A DNA stretch of 64,000 nucleotides from an uncultured Candidatus Saccharibacteria bacterium (GTDB lineage: Bacteria > Patescibacteriota > Minisyncoccia > UBA6257 > 1-14-0-10-44-23), in the NCBI GenBank assembly GCA_964549935.1, contig CAZJVT010000003.1:14634-78633 (forward strand). Reading direction: 5' to 3'. Shown here in pieces: positions 44,639 through 54,201 of the stretch. The position numbers and the translations under genes are program-made. The notes below the pieces were generated by a model that was not told the origin of the DNA, did no database searches, and saw only the letters and a list, made by a program, of their open reading frames with translations. Each line of letters begins with the position of its first letter. Position 1 is the stretch's first letter.

Positions 44639-47600
44639 CTAGGCCGCCTTCTTCCTGACCGCGTCGATCATCTCGTTCACCAGCATGTCGATGACGCCGG
44701 CTTCTGCCGTGTTGCGGTCTCCGCCGGTCTCCTCGATGTCGTTCAGGCGCCGCGTGATCTCCGGAACGGCGGTCCCCCGCGGGAACCGGTTAGCCAGCAG
44801 CTGGCGGGCGTTCTTGGCGCCGACCCGCGCGGTCAGCCGGCGGCGGAGCTCGGTATCCTCGGCCGTGGTCGAGAAGGCCCAGAGCTCGATCGGGCCGATG
44901 AAATTGTAGAGCAGCTGCTCGTAGATGCCGTCCTTGGTCGAGAGCCGCGCCAGCACCGGGCCGCCATTCGGCCCCGGGCCGGTCAGGTCGCGGCGGATGG
45001 CGTTCTCGGAGGTCCGCGTCAAGCCGAAGGCCCGCACGGCCTCGCCGACGGTGTTCTCGGAGTCCGCGCCGCAGATCCAGACGCCGGATGCCTGGTCGCG
45101 CATCTGGTCGTCGAAATCCTCGAGCAGCTGCGAGATCAGGACGATCTGGATGCCCCATTTCCGGGCCTCGCGCATATCCTGCTTCACCTGGTCGCGGACG
45201 GCGTCGATGCCGCCGGTCCGGTGAAACTCGTCGAAGCAGAGCCGCTTCGGCTCCTCGCGCAGGCTGCGGATACGGGCGAGATGCCAGCCGCGGTAATTGC
45301 CGGCGAACTGCTTGGCGTCGTCCTCGCCGAAGAAGAAGTCGCGGGCAAGGACGTGGCGGGCGAGCATATACATGATGGCGGTCTGGCGCTGCGCGCTCGG
45401 GCCGCCCTTCGGCGCCACCTCGTCGAGGTCGAGCGAGCACACCCGCGCACCGCCGATGTCGAAGCGCGTCGGGTAGGCCAGGACCGGATAGTCGGCCACC
45501 GCGGACGAGATCATCCGCTGGAAGCCCTCGATGATGGTCTCACCGGTCGGGAGCTGCATCCGGCCGTAGATGTCCTCGATGTCGCGGGCGCGGACGGCCG
45601 CGTTCAGGTCGGACAGGAGCGGCAGCGCATGGCGCTGCGCCAGGCTCGCCTCGTGGATGCGGCCCTTGGCGAAGAGCGCGTCGACGACATCCCACCAGTT
45701 GGGCCGGCTCGGGAGCTGGATAGCAAGCGTATCGAGCGCCTCGTCGACCACACGATCCCGGCCTCGATCGTAGGGTGCGGCCGTGACGTCGGAGGCGCGG
45801 TTCTTGAAGGCGGCGTCGATGACCATGCCGACAAGGCCGGTCAGGCCGTCATAGGGCTTCTTCTCGCCGACTGGCGTGCAGAGCAGCGACACCAGGTTGA
45901 CCAGGAAGGCGCGCTCGGCCGGCAGCGGGAAGCGCGACCCGAGCTGGGTGTCGAACGGGTTGATCGCGAATTCAGGCGACATCTTGAGGCGCACATAGAC
46001 GGCCTCGTGCTTGCGCTCGCGGGGCAGGCCCTCCCGGCACAGCGAGACCAGTCCCTCGGACGATCGCCCGATCTCGATGATCCCGATCCGCGGGAGCGTC
46101 GGCGTCGTCGCCTTGCCGGTCTTGGGCGAGAGAATGAAGGCGAGATTCAGCGAGTTCGACAACACCGACTTGCCCTTGCCCGGCGGGGCCACGATCAGGT
46201 CATTCCAGACCGTCTGCAGCGACGAGCCCGGGTGATAGACATAGGGCTTGCCGTCCTGGGAGCGGAAGACCACGGCCCCCTGGTCCCAGGCGGAAGCTGG
46301 TCGACGGAGAGGCAGCAACGAGAACGCTTCGGCGATCGGCGCGGCCGCGGACGGAGCGGTCGAGGCGCAATCCATCGAGAGAGCCGAGGACATGACGCCG
46401 TCGAGCGGGTCGCCGGCGACGGCCGAGACCTGGCAGTTTCCCCAGCTCTCGATCGCGCGCTGCAGGACGGAGACGCGCTTGCGCGCGAGATCGACGTCGC
46501 CGGCAGGCGCCCAGGTCGAGAAGCTCGCGCGGAGGCGGACGATGGTGCGTCCTTCCAGGCTCATCGCCTTCAGCATGTCCATGGCGTTCTTGACGCGACG
46601 GGTGTCCGTCGAGGCCCAGACGAAGATCGAGGCGACGGTTGCGGAGAGCGCGAGCGTCGCAAGCCCGCCGCCTTCGATGAGGAAGCTGGCACGCCAGGGG
46701 ATGCCGTGGCCTTCCGAGAGGCGAGTCAGCAGCTGCTCGAACGGGCGGAGCTCTTCGGGAGCCAGCGTCATGTCGACGCCGCCGAAGATGAGGTCTCCCA
46801 CCCGGATCAGGGTTCGGTCGATCGCTTCGGCGTCCTGCGTCAGGATCTGATGAGAGAGCGTCGGCCACAGCACGTCGGAGACGTCGGGCTTGAAGCCGGC
46901 GGCCTTGCTCAGGCGATCGCCGGCGCCGCGGCTGACCTTCGAAAGCAGGCCGAGGCGGGATCCTTTCCGGGCTCCGGACGATGCCATCTCGAGCGCCTTG
47001 TCGACATCGCCGACCAGGTCGTCCATCAGCCGGGCCGGAACCTTGTCTCCTGGCAGATACGGCCGCCAGCCTGACTCGGCCATGCTCGGGTAGATGGCGC
47101 CGCGGGCGCTGACGAGGGCGTCGTGCGCGTCGAGGACGCGGACCTTGAAGCCAAGGCTGGTCAGGTCGCCGGAGAGACGCTCGACGAAGGACGAATGGCG
47201 CTCCCGCAGCCCGTCGATGGCCCGCAGCATCCACTGCGCATCGGTAGCCAGGGGCGCCTTGGCGGCTTCCGCGGCGGTTCGCTTCGCGGACTCGGAGATC
47301 TCGACCTTGGAGAGCAGGGCCGCGCGGGACCACAGCACCAGGAAGCAGCCTTCCCAGACGGTCTTCGTCGGCAGGATGCGCTGGCGTTCGGCGAAGAGGT
47401 CCTCGAGGTCCAGGCCGGCGTCCCTGGCGGCGCGGCGCGCCAGCTTCAGCGAGGCGCCGACCTCGGACGAGGCCCGCAGCGGGTCGCGCGAGAACCAGAC
47501 CTGGATCGCATGGCCCTTGTTCTCGAGGAAGGGAGATGTGTTGGTGACGAACTTGTCGAAGACCGCGCCCCATTCCTCCTGGTCCAACATCTGGCGCATG

Positions 47601-47746
47601 CCATCGAGGCGGAGCATCGTCACCAGGGACCCGTCCCGGGCGACGAGCGTCCGGGCGTCGTCGGCCGTCTCGATCCGGCAGTAGTCCGCCAGGCTCTGGC
47701 GCGAGAACGACCCCAGAACGGCGGTGAGACGGTCGAGGAGATGCAT
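44639..47746 (-). CDS. IcmB/DotO/TraU-like type IVB secretion ATPase (1035 aa)
   Basis: Length matches DotO/TraU (about 1010 aa). A P-loop VAPPGKGKSV is mid-protein and a VirB4-like ATPase fold sits in the C-terminal half. The neighbourhood holds DotG-, DotI- and DotP-like genes. Confidence 0.75.
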   Translation of the reverse strand: MHLLDRLTAVLGSFSRQSLADYCRIETADDARTLVARDGSLVTMLRLDGMRQMLDQEEWGAVFDKFVTNTSPFLENKGHAIQVWFSRDPLRASSEVGASLKLARRAARDAGLDLEDLFAERQRILPTKTVWEGCFLVLWSRAALLSKVEISESAKRTAAEAAKAPLATDAQWMLRAIDGLRERHSSFVERLSGDLTSLGFKVRVLDAHDALVSARGAIYPSMAESGWRPYLPGDKVPARLMDDLVGDVDKALEMASSGARKGSRLGLLSKVSRGAGDRLSKAAGFKPDVSDVLWPTLSHQILTQDAEAIDRTLIRVGDLIFGGVDMTLAPEELRPFEQLLTRLSEGHGIPWRASFLIEGGGLATLALSATVASIFVWASTDTRRVKNAMDMLKAMSLEGRTIVRLRASFSTWAPAGDVDLARKRVSVLQRAIESWGNCQVSAVAGDPLDGVMSSALSMDCASTAPSAAAPIAEAFSLLPLRRPASAWDQGAVVFRSQDGKPYVYHPGSSLQTVWNDLIVAPPGKGKSVLSNSLNLAFILSPKTGKATTPTLPRIGIIEIGRSSEGLVSLCREGLPRERKHEAVYVRLKMSPEFAINPFDTQLGSRFPLPAERAFLVNLVSLLCTPVGEKKPYDGLTGLVGMVIDAAFKNRASDVTAAPYDRGRDRVVDEALDTLAIQLPSRPNWWDVVDALFAKGRIHEASLAQRHALPLLSDLNAAVRARDIEDIYGRMQLPTGETIIEGFQRMISSAVADYPVLAYPTRFDIGGARVCSLDLDEVAPKGGPSAQRQTAIMYMLARHVLARDFFFGEDDAKQFAGNYRGWHLARIRSLREEPKRLCFDEFHRTGGIDAVRDQVKQDMREARKWGIQIVLISQLLEDFDDQMRDQASGVWICGADSENTVGEAVRAFGLTRTSENAIRRDLTGPGPNGGPVLARLSTKDGIYEQLLYNFIGPIELWAFSTTAEDTELRRRLTARVGAKNARQLLANRFPRGTAVPEITRRLNDIEETGGDRNTAEAGVIDMLVNEMIDAVRKKAA

Positions 47747-47760
47747 GCCTGTCGCTTTTA

Positions 47761-47790
47761 TCGGATGGTGCGGACAGGATTATTATAACC
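47761..47790 (-). promoter_or_regulatory. recurring motif copy (minus orientation): GGTTATAATAATCCTGTCCGCACCATCCGA
   Basis: Lies 15-44 nt upstream of the IcmB/DotO-like ATG at 47746. Confidence 0.5.
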
Positions 47791-47838
47791 TCAAGGCTCC
47801 GAGGTTGGAAGGGCTGGTCGGTAGCGGCAGACCGGACG

Positions 47839-48297
47839 TTGATGGCTGGCGAATTGTCGCTTTCGCCTCAACGCTGTAGGATGTTCCTACAGGATAAGAG
47901 TGGCGAGGACGTCATGTCGATGTTCGTGGATCTCAAGGGCAGGCTAAAGACCTACGCGATGGTCGATCCCGTCAAGAAGCTGGTTCTCGCCACCTGCAGC
48001 TATGTCGGTCAGGACTCCGACCGGGTGATGCAGAACCTGAAGAAGGCCGGTCACGAGAACCTGGTGCTTCACAATCTCACCCATCCGAAATGCCCGGACT
48101 GGCTCAGGGAGATGATGCGAGCCGACCCGGATTACTGCCGCGGCCGCATGGACCAGTACGACGCCCGCGCCAGGACGCTCCGGAGCCGGGCGGCAGCCCT
48201 GGTGACGGAAGCCGAGGAGGAGGAAGCAAGAGCCGCGCAATGGCGGGAGCTGGTCGAAGCTGCCTCGAAGCCGAAGGACCCGTCGCCGGGGATGTAG
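47839..48297 (+). CDS. hypothetical protein (152 aa); ends ...DPSPGM
   Basis: Divergent from the icmB-like gene. The 3' end CCGTCGCCGGGGATGTAGCGG resembles the junction cassette. Confidence 0.4.
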   Translation: MMAGELSLSPQRCRMFLQDKSGEDVMSMFVDLKGRLKTYAMVDPVKKLVLATCSYVGQDSDRVMQNLKKAGHENLVLHNLTHPKCPDWLREMMRADPDYCRGRMDQYDARARTLRSRAAALVTEAEEEEARAAQWRELVEAASKPKDPSPGM

Positions 48298-48304
48298 CGG
48301 CGCG

Positions 48305-49387
48305 CTACTTGACTGCCCGAAGCTTCAAGGTGGGAGCTGGCTTTTGCCGGCCCACCTTCTGATACGGACTCCTTTCATTCATGCTTTGAGCATAAAGGCG
48401 GCGATCGCCAACGCTCTCCAGGCCCTTCCTTCTCCAGACGGTCTCGACGAACTTAGCCGTTACTCGCTCCCCCATGCGGTTCACCGCCGCTGCCGTGAAC
48501 TCGCTGTCGCCCTCGGGGCTAATCGTTGTCTGCAGCAGAATCTTGTCGATGGTGACGTCAGGGTCGCCAGACGCCCACGCCAGCCTTTTCCGGAGAACCG
48601 AAGAAGGCAACAGAGCAGGTTGCCTCGCCTCGCGCTCTGGCGGCGCAACAGAAGGCGGAGGCGATTCAGGCGGGAGTATCAGGAAGGATCTCGATCGCGG
48701 CAGTCGCTGGCTGCGCGGGTTCTTTTTCCCGAACAGATCCAGTCTCGCCTGTTTCACCATCTTGAACCGAGCGCGCTCCTCGAATTTCTGTTTTTTCTTG
48801 AGGAGCCTCGCTGATTGCAAGCTCGATGGAGAGGAGGACAGGTCTTCGGAGAATTCCTGTCGCTCAATCTTTCTGGACAGCGCATATGAGCGGAGGATCT
48901 TCGAAATCCTCCCACTTATCAGCGTCAACCCGAGACCGAGAAGCCGGTCACGGATGTCGGGTATTTCGAGCTGGGGTTCCCGCCAGACGATGGTGAGGAC
49001 AACACGCTCGATCGGGTCTCTGACTTCATCGAAGCCGGGAGGAAGATTCCCAGGCGGGCGAGACTGCAAGTATTCGAGCTGGCGAACTCGATACCGCTCC
49101 ATGGCGCTGGTAAGGGTCTCGAGATGGCCAGCCTCCTTCACATGGTCGAAGAAGCTCGTGGCTATCCGATTTCGGCTCTTCGAGGCCGTCGCGAACGATG
49201 CGATCGCCTCGACGACCTCAATAGGTAGATGTGGCAGAGGCCCTCTGGCGGCATTTTCCATCCGCCAAAGAACTGTCCGTGCCTTTTCTAGAAGCCGCCA
49301 ATACGGTTCGCACTTGGACATACGCGGCGAAGTTACAACACCGTTATTGCGGAATGCGACTCCTTCAGGGAAGGCAGTCGGCGCCAT
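48305..49387 (-). CDS. hypothetical protein (360 aa) in a lower-GC segment
   Basis: GC is roughly 52-58% versus about 66% in the flanks. The sequence is Lys/Arg/Ser-rich. Confidence 0.45.
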   Translation of the reverse strand: MAPTAFPEGVAFRNNGVVTSPRMSKCEPYWRLLEKARTVLWRMENAARGPLPHLPIEVVEAIASFATASKSRNRIATSFFDHVKEAGHLETLTSAMERYRVRQLEYLQSRPPGNLPPGFDEVRDPIERVVLTIVWREPQLEIPDIRDRLLGLGLTLISGRISKILRSYALSRKIERQEFSEDLSSSPSSLQSARLLKKKQKFEERARFKMVKQARLDLFGKKNPRSQRLPRSRSFLILPPESPPPSVAPPEREARQPALLPSSVLRKRLAWASGDPDVTIDKILLQTTISPEGDSEFTAAAVNRMGERVTAKFVETVWRRKGLESVGDRRLYAQSMNERSPYQKVGRQKPAPTLKLRAVK

Positions 49388-49417
49388 CGACGGAACGAAG
49401 GTGTCCGGGCACGCATG

Positions 49418-49906
49418 TCACAGGGTAGGACCTGCCTCCGCCGTCGGCATCTTCTTCACCGAGAAATCGAGGTCCTTCGTGAATTCCTGACCGAGCAGAA
49501 TCCGTTCCTGGAAGACAGGGAGCCGCGTGATGTCCCACTCGCCGATGTTGTAGGAAAGCGTGATGTGGGGGCGATAGGTCGGAAAATCGTAGGTTGCTTC
49601 GTGCTCCCGCATGAGCTGCTCGAACCTCGCTTCCAATGTCGGAGCCGAGATCAGCATCACCAAGCACCTGGCGGATGTGATCGCACCCGCAACAGCGAAT
49701 ACCTCGAAGCCCAGGGCGCGCCCTTCGTGGACGAGGCCGGGCTCTGGCCTGAAGTCCGGAAGATGTCGGCGCGAATAGAGCAATGTCGTATGTCGCTTCG
49801 CCGCCGGGACCGGACAAGGAAGCCTCAGCTGCGCTGCGAAGTCCTCGATCTCGCTTCGAGCCGGCTCGATCAGCGAGAGGCCGACATAGGTGCCGCGCTC
49901 AAGCAT
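49418..49906 (-). CDS. 2H phosphoesterase superfamily protein (LigT/cyclic phosphodiesterase-like; two H-x-T-x motifs)
   Basis: RHTTLLY and PHITLSYN are spaced about 85 aa apart in a 162-aa protein. Confidence 0.55.
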   Translation of the reverse strand: MLERGTYVGLSLIEPARSEIEDFAAQLRLPCPVPAAKRHTTLLYSRRHLPDFRPEPGLVHEGRALGFEVFAVAGAITSARCLVMLISAPTLEARFEQLMREHEATYDFPTYRPHITLSYNIGEWDITRLPVFQERILLGQEFTKDLDFSVKKMPTAEAGPTL

Positions 49907-49909
49907 GGA

Positions 49910-50260
49910 TCAGGCCGCCGCCTTCTCTTCCGGCGACCCTTCCTTCTGTCGCCGCGCCATTCGCTCGGCCGCATGCTCTTTGGCATAGGCCAGGCGCTTG
50001 TCCACGGTCTGCAGGTCCATCCGGCGCCAGAGGCTGTAGACGCCGCCGGCGCTGACGTTCACGCCGCGGATATCGAGCTCGAAGGCGACGCGGCCTGATC
50101 CGTCCCTGGGATGCTCGCAGACATGATCGAGGATGTGGTCGACGATCTCCTTGGCGATCCGCCGCGTACCGCGTTGCGGCGCACCGGCCGCGGCGTCGCA
50201 GGCCGCGGACGGATGTCGATCTACGGCTCCAGCGTCCTCGCTGATCGATCTGTCGGTCAT
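49910..50260 (-). CDS. small HTH-like protein (116 aa)
   Basis: ELDIRGVNVSAGGVYSLWRR resembles a transposase/regulator HTH. Confidence 0.35.
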   Translation of the reverse strand: MTDRSISEDAGAVDRHPSAACDAAAGAPQRGTRRIAKEIVDHILDHVCEHPRDGSGRVAFELDIRGVNVSAGGVYSLWRRMDLQTVDKRLAYAKEHAAERMARRQKEGSPEEKAAA

Positions 50261-50282
50261 CGTTGCCTCTTATCGGTGAGGA

Positions 50283-52073
50283 TCAGGCCGTGACGCGCGT
50301 GCGCTCGGCGACGATCAGCTTCCCATCCGGTCCCCGCACGCGTCGCGTCATGGTGATCTGTTCTCCCGGAGCGGCGCCGAGCACGCTGAAGTCGATCTGC
50401 GGCATGCCGCCCAAATAGGCGCCGCCCTCCGGCTGCGCTTCCTCGAGATCGGCGTCCTCCGCTTCGCCCGCCGGCGCGCCCTCCTCCTCTCCGATGCCTT
50501 CTCCGGCATCGCCGGATCCATAGAGCCTGACGACGACGGCCTGGCCGATCTCGGAGACGCGTTGAGCCGCCTTGCCGGCATCGAGCTCGCCGAGACCGTC
50601 GATATCCCACAGCGAATGTCGCGCGAGATCGCGATCGACAGCGGCGATCGAGCGGATCCAGGCTTCCTGGAGGCCGCGCTTGTCGCCGCCCCAGTCCTCG
50701 GGCGACGGCACCTCCATGTCGCCGGCCTCGAACAGCGTCGTCAGTTGCGGGGTCAGGCCGATCGCGAAGGCATCCTTGAGGAGGCCGGGAATCTCGGCCG
50801 AAGAAACAGAGACCTTCATCGCGCCGATCGAATAGTTGATGACCGTGTAGCCGAGCTCGTGCATGCGCATGGCATCGCGGTACATGGCCAGGCGATCGAT
50901 CATTCTCAGCCAGACGTCGCGGGGGCCGGGCGGCGGCTGTCCCTTGTCGTCGCCGCGGCGGGCACCCTTGCGCATCGACTTGCACGCGGCCAGCCACAGG
51001 CATTCGGCGAAGACGCCAGCCGACCAGGAGGCATGGAGCGCCGGATGATCGAGCGCATCGATGAGCCCGGGAACGAGAACGGACTCGACTTTCTCGAAGC
51101 CCTTGCCGATCCAGGCGCCCTGGATCTCGATCTCGGAGATGCGCGAGAGCTCGAGGGCCTCCGGGAGCGGCGACCAGGTCCGGCGTGCGGGCTTCCGCGT
51201 GCCCGCATCCATCGCGCCCTGGCTGAATCCGAAGACCTGGAGGGTCGCGACCTCGACGCCCGACGGAAGAGAGATGTTCACGATCGCCGGCCGGTTCGTC
51301 GCCTCGAGCCATGCGAGCTGGGCCGTGGCGTCGCCGCCTTCCATCCTCGCCACGGGGACGAATTCCCAGGGCCCGACGGGGAACGACTGCCGCAGCATCG
51401 AGATCGCGTGCGCGAGCCTAGGCCGCCTCAGAACGACTTCGGTCTTGTTCCTCGAGGAGACGAAGCTCGTCCGCGTCCAGAGCTGGCGCGCATTCTCCAG
51501 CGGGAACACCATGTCGGCCGGATAGTCCTCGACCTGGTGGACGAGACGGGCCAGGTCATGGACCAGGGTCGGTGCCGAGATCTGGCGGATCGCCTCGGCC
51601 CGGATCTTCTCCTCCGGCGGGATCGGTCCGTGCAGGCCGCTGCGGCGGCGCCAGGTCGCGTTCGACAGCGCCCGCTTGAAGGCCAGGGCGCAATGGCCCA
51701 TGACGCGGCCGAAGCATTCGGCCAGGACCGCGGTCGCATGCGAGGGATCCTGGTCGTCGAGGCCCCACTCCGAGAGCGCGAACGGAATCGTGACCTTGAG
51801 GAAATCGTTTCGCCGGAAGAAGCCCGACGTCGTCAGGCCGGATGCCAGGAAGCCATGATAGTCGGCGTTGGTCAGCCAGAGCGTGGTGTTGCCGAGCTCG
51901 GCCGGCGTCTCGAAGCGGAACGGCGCATCCTTGACGGCATTCCGTCCGCCCTCGCACGCCCAGCCCGGCCCCGGGGAGCCTCCGTCGAAGAGCACGACGC
52001 CGAAGCGGAGCTCCTGGATGTCCTGCTGCGTATCGGCCGCGGCGGCGGATGCGGTCATGTCGGCGTCCTGCAT
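50283..52073 (-). CDS. hypothetical protein (596 aa) within T4BSS-like cluster
   Basis: Start at M204 (MQDADMT...), 3 nt after the upstream stop. Has an acidic C-terminal region. Confidence 0.45.
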   Translation of the reverse strand: MQDADMTASAAAADTQQDIQELRFGVVLFDGGSPGPGWACEGGRNAVKDAPFRFETPAELGNTTLWLTNADYHGFLASGLTTSGFFRRNDFLKVTIPFALSEWGLDDQDPSHATAVLAECFGRVMGHCALAFKRALSNATWRRRSGLHGPIPPEEKIRAEAIRQISAPTLVHDLARLVHQVEDYPADMVFPLENARQLWTRTSFVSSRNKTEVVLRRPRLAHAISMLRQSFPVGPWEFVPVARMEGGDATAQLAWLEATNRPAIVNISLPSGVEVATLQVFGFSQGAMDAGTRKPARRTWSPLPEALELSRISEIEIQGAWIGKGFEKVESVLVPGLIDALDHPALHASWSAGVFAECLWLAACKSMRKGARRGDDKGQPPPGPRDVWLRMIDRLAMYRDAMRMHELGYTVINYSIGAMKVSVSSAEIPGLLKDAFAIGLTPQLTTLFEAGDMEVPSPEDWGGDKRGLQEAWIRSIAAVDRDLARHSLWDIDGLGELDAGKAAQRVSEIGQAVVVRLYGSGDAGEGIGEEEGAPAGEAEDADLEEAQPEGGAYLGGMPQIDFSVLGAAPGEQITMTRRVRGPDGKLIVAERTRVTA

Positions 52074-52078
52074 GTCTG

Positions 52079-53158
52079 TCACCCTTGCTGGAGCGCCTTG
52101 TCGATGGCCTTCTCGGCCTGGACCAGGACCCGACCCCAGGTCGTCGGCGGGCATCCGCCGAACGGTCCGTTCGGCGAAACCCAGTAGTCGAGGATGTCGG
52201 GGAAGCGATCGCGGCCGTCCCATCCGATCTTCCGGTCGCGATGGACGAGGATGGTGCCGCCAAGGCGGCGCGCACGATCGGAATAGGCTGGCGGATCCAG
52301 GCGAAGGAGGGCCGCGCCGAGGACGTACGGGCTCGCCGTCGCCGCATAGTCGGCGGCGCAAGCCTGCATCCGGCCGATATAGGGGCTGAATCCGGATCCG
52401 GCATCGGGACCGATCAGCGACACCCAGAGCCGGTCCGCGATGTCCGCGAACTGGTCCCGCATGTGGCGGGCGACATGGATGGCGCGAACCAGGTTGTTGA
52501 CCGACGCCTGCGAGACGCCCTTCAGCAGCACCACCACGGCCTCGCCGTTCTCGCCGACCCGGCCCGGGTGGTAGCACCCATGGCACATGAAGCAGACGGT
52601 GGTGAGGTTCTTCGGATCGAAATTCGTATGGTCGTCGTCGAGATTGTGGATCTCCTGATGCTCGAGCGACGTGAAGCCGCAATGAGCGCAGGTGTGCCCG
52701 TCCCGGCGGAAGACCTGCTGGCGGATCTGCTCGATCTCGCGCAGGCGGTTCTTGTCGGCGCTGAGCGACTCGTAGCCGGTCTGCTCGACGTCGCCGATGC
52801 TGTGGCCCGCGTCTCCGAGGCGCCAGGTCGCCGGCGAGGCCGAGATGACGAGGGGAAGAAGCTTGCGGGTCGCGACGGGGAGCCGGGCTGATTGAGAAGC
52901 AGCGCGATCCGCCGGATCCTCGGATGGCTTCGCCTTGTGGACGCCTGGCCGCAGGACCGGAGGGGTCTTGTATTCGCGCGCCTGGTACGGCCTCGAGGAT
53001 TGCTTCTGGCCGTCGAAGACCGGCCGGTCGAAGACAGAGTCTTCAGGCTTGGCATCGGTCGCGTCGCCGGCGGTTCCCGTCCTCGAATGGAATTCGTCCG
53101 GATTGGTCCGGACTCCTTCTCTCGAAGGACGGGAACCGCGGCGAATACGTCCTGCCAT
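52079..53158 (-). CDS. cysteine-rich protein in the position of IcmJ/DotN
   Basis: HTCAHCGF...VCFMCHGCYH is a Zn-binding cluster, and DotN is a Zn-binding Cys-rich protein. The family assignment is tentative. Confidence 0.3.
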   Translation of the reverse strand: MAGRIRRGSRPSREGVRTNPDEFHSRTGTAGDATDAKPEDSVFDRPVFDGQKQSSRPYQAREYKTPPVLRPGVHKAKPSEDPADRAASQSARLPVATRKLLPLVISASPATWRLGDAGHSIGDVEQTGYESLSADKNRLREIEQIRQQVFRRDGHTCAHCGFTSLEHQEIHNLDDDHTNFDPKNLTTVCFMCHGCYHPGRVGENGEAVVVLLKGVSQASVNNLVRAIHVARHMRDQFADIADRLWVSLIGPDAGSGFSPYIGRMQACAADYAATASPYVLGAALLRLDPPAYSDRARRLGGTILVHRDRKIGWDGRDRFPDILDYWVSPNGPFGGCPPTTWGRVLVQAEKAIDKALQQG

Positions 53159-53185
53159 GGGATCCTCGATCGACCTTGCGGCGGA

Positions 53186-53578
53186 TCAGCGGACGAACTG
53201 GGAGGCGCCGTTGGTCACGCCGTTGATGTCGCCGAAGATCGACATCACGCCGACGCCGAGGACGGCCGGGACGGCGACGAGGCCGGCGCCGGCCACCAGC
53301 ATGATCGCGGCGGGCTTCAGCGGATTGCGCTGCGAGTCCTCGCCCCACTGCTTCAGCTTGAAGAGGCCGGCCGCCGCGAGGACGATGCCGGCGATCATCG
53401 CGAAGGTGCCGACGAGCGTCGGAAGCTGGGTGATGTCGCTGTTGATTCGGCCGGCGATCTGACCGATCGACTGCGCGGCATCCGCCGGGCTCGAGAGAGC
53501 GATCGCCGTCAGCAGCGCCAGCGCGATCGCGCCGTTGATGCCGAGGCCGGAAAGGAGCTTGCTCCGAAGGGTATTCAT
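53186..53578 (-). CDS. small membrane protein, IcmD/DotP-like by size and position (130 aa)
   Basis: Has a signal/TM at the N-terminus plus 2 TM. A degenerate motif copy (TCAATCCTGCC) lies upstream. Confidence 0.35.
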   Translation of the reverse strand: MNTLRSKLLSGLGINGAIALALLTAIALSSPADAAQSIGQIAGRINSDITQLPTLVGTFAMIAGIVLAAAGLFKLKQWGEDSQRNPLKPAAIMLVAGAGLVAVPAVLGVGVMSIFGDINGVTNGASQFVR

Positions 53579-53615
53579 GATCTGGGGTTCCTTGGTTGGC
53601 AGGATTGAAGGACGT

Positions 53616-54173
53616 CTAGTTCACCCGGATCCCGAAGGTCTGAACGACGATCGCGTCGAGATCCATGATGTTGGCCATCAGCAGGCCGCCCACGAGGACG
53701 GTGACGCCGTGGCCCATGGTGGCGTTGCTCTGCCCTGACCCGACCGCCTTCATGATGAGAAGGCCGCGGGCAGTGGCGAGAACGCCGAGCAGCTGCAGCA
53801 CGCGATAGACCGCGAGCTGGACACTCGCTGCATTGGTGTCGAGGTTGAAGCCCTGCTGGATGCCGGGATCGAGCGATCTGTAGAGCTCCCATTTGGACTC
53901 GTCGATCAGCGTGCCCTTGCCGGCCAGCATCACGAGAGCGAGGCTGAAGAGGCAGATGCCGACGATGCCGGTCGCGATCGGGTCTTTCATCTCCCCCGGG
54001 CGCCCATGGCCGCCGCCGATCGCCGACGCTTTCACCAGCGCCGAGAAGACGAACCACACGCCGATGATGCCGCATACCGTCCAGGTGAGCCCGAGGAGAT
54101 CCGGCACGAGCTCGCTCAGCGTGAGGATCGCGTGCTGCGCCGCTTGGCTGGTGGAGGAGCTGAAGTCGCCCAT
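53616..54173 (-). CDS. membrane protein, IcmC/DotE-like by size and position (185 aa)
   Basis: Multiple TM segments, including TWTVCGIIGVWFVFSALV, IVGICLFSLALVMLA and VTVLVGGLLMANIM. Confidence 0.3.
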   Translation of the reverse strand: MGDFSSSTSQAAQHAILTLSELVPDLLGLTWTVCGIIGVWFVFSALVKASAIGGGHGRPGEMKDPIATGIVGICLFSLALVMLAGKGTLIDESKWELYRSLDPGIQQGFNLDTNAASVQLAVYRVLQLLGVLATARGLLIMKAVGSGQSNATMGHGVTVLVGGLLMANIMDLDAIVVQTFGIRVN

Positions 54174-54201
54174 GGCTGATCGATATCCCGTACCGGTCCG
54201 G

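Noticed and set aside
45221-47074. 617-aa plus-strand ORF (and several 200-450-aa ORFs nearby)
   Set aside because: Antisense to the IcmB/DotO-like gene, low complexity with an Arg/Ala/Gly bias. Coding is better explained on the minus strand.
50562-52187. 541-aa plus-strand ORF
   Set aside because: Antisense to the 596-aa minus gene, which has proper operon spacing and start context.
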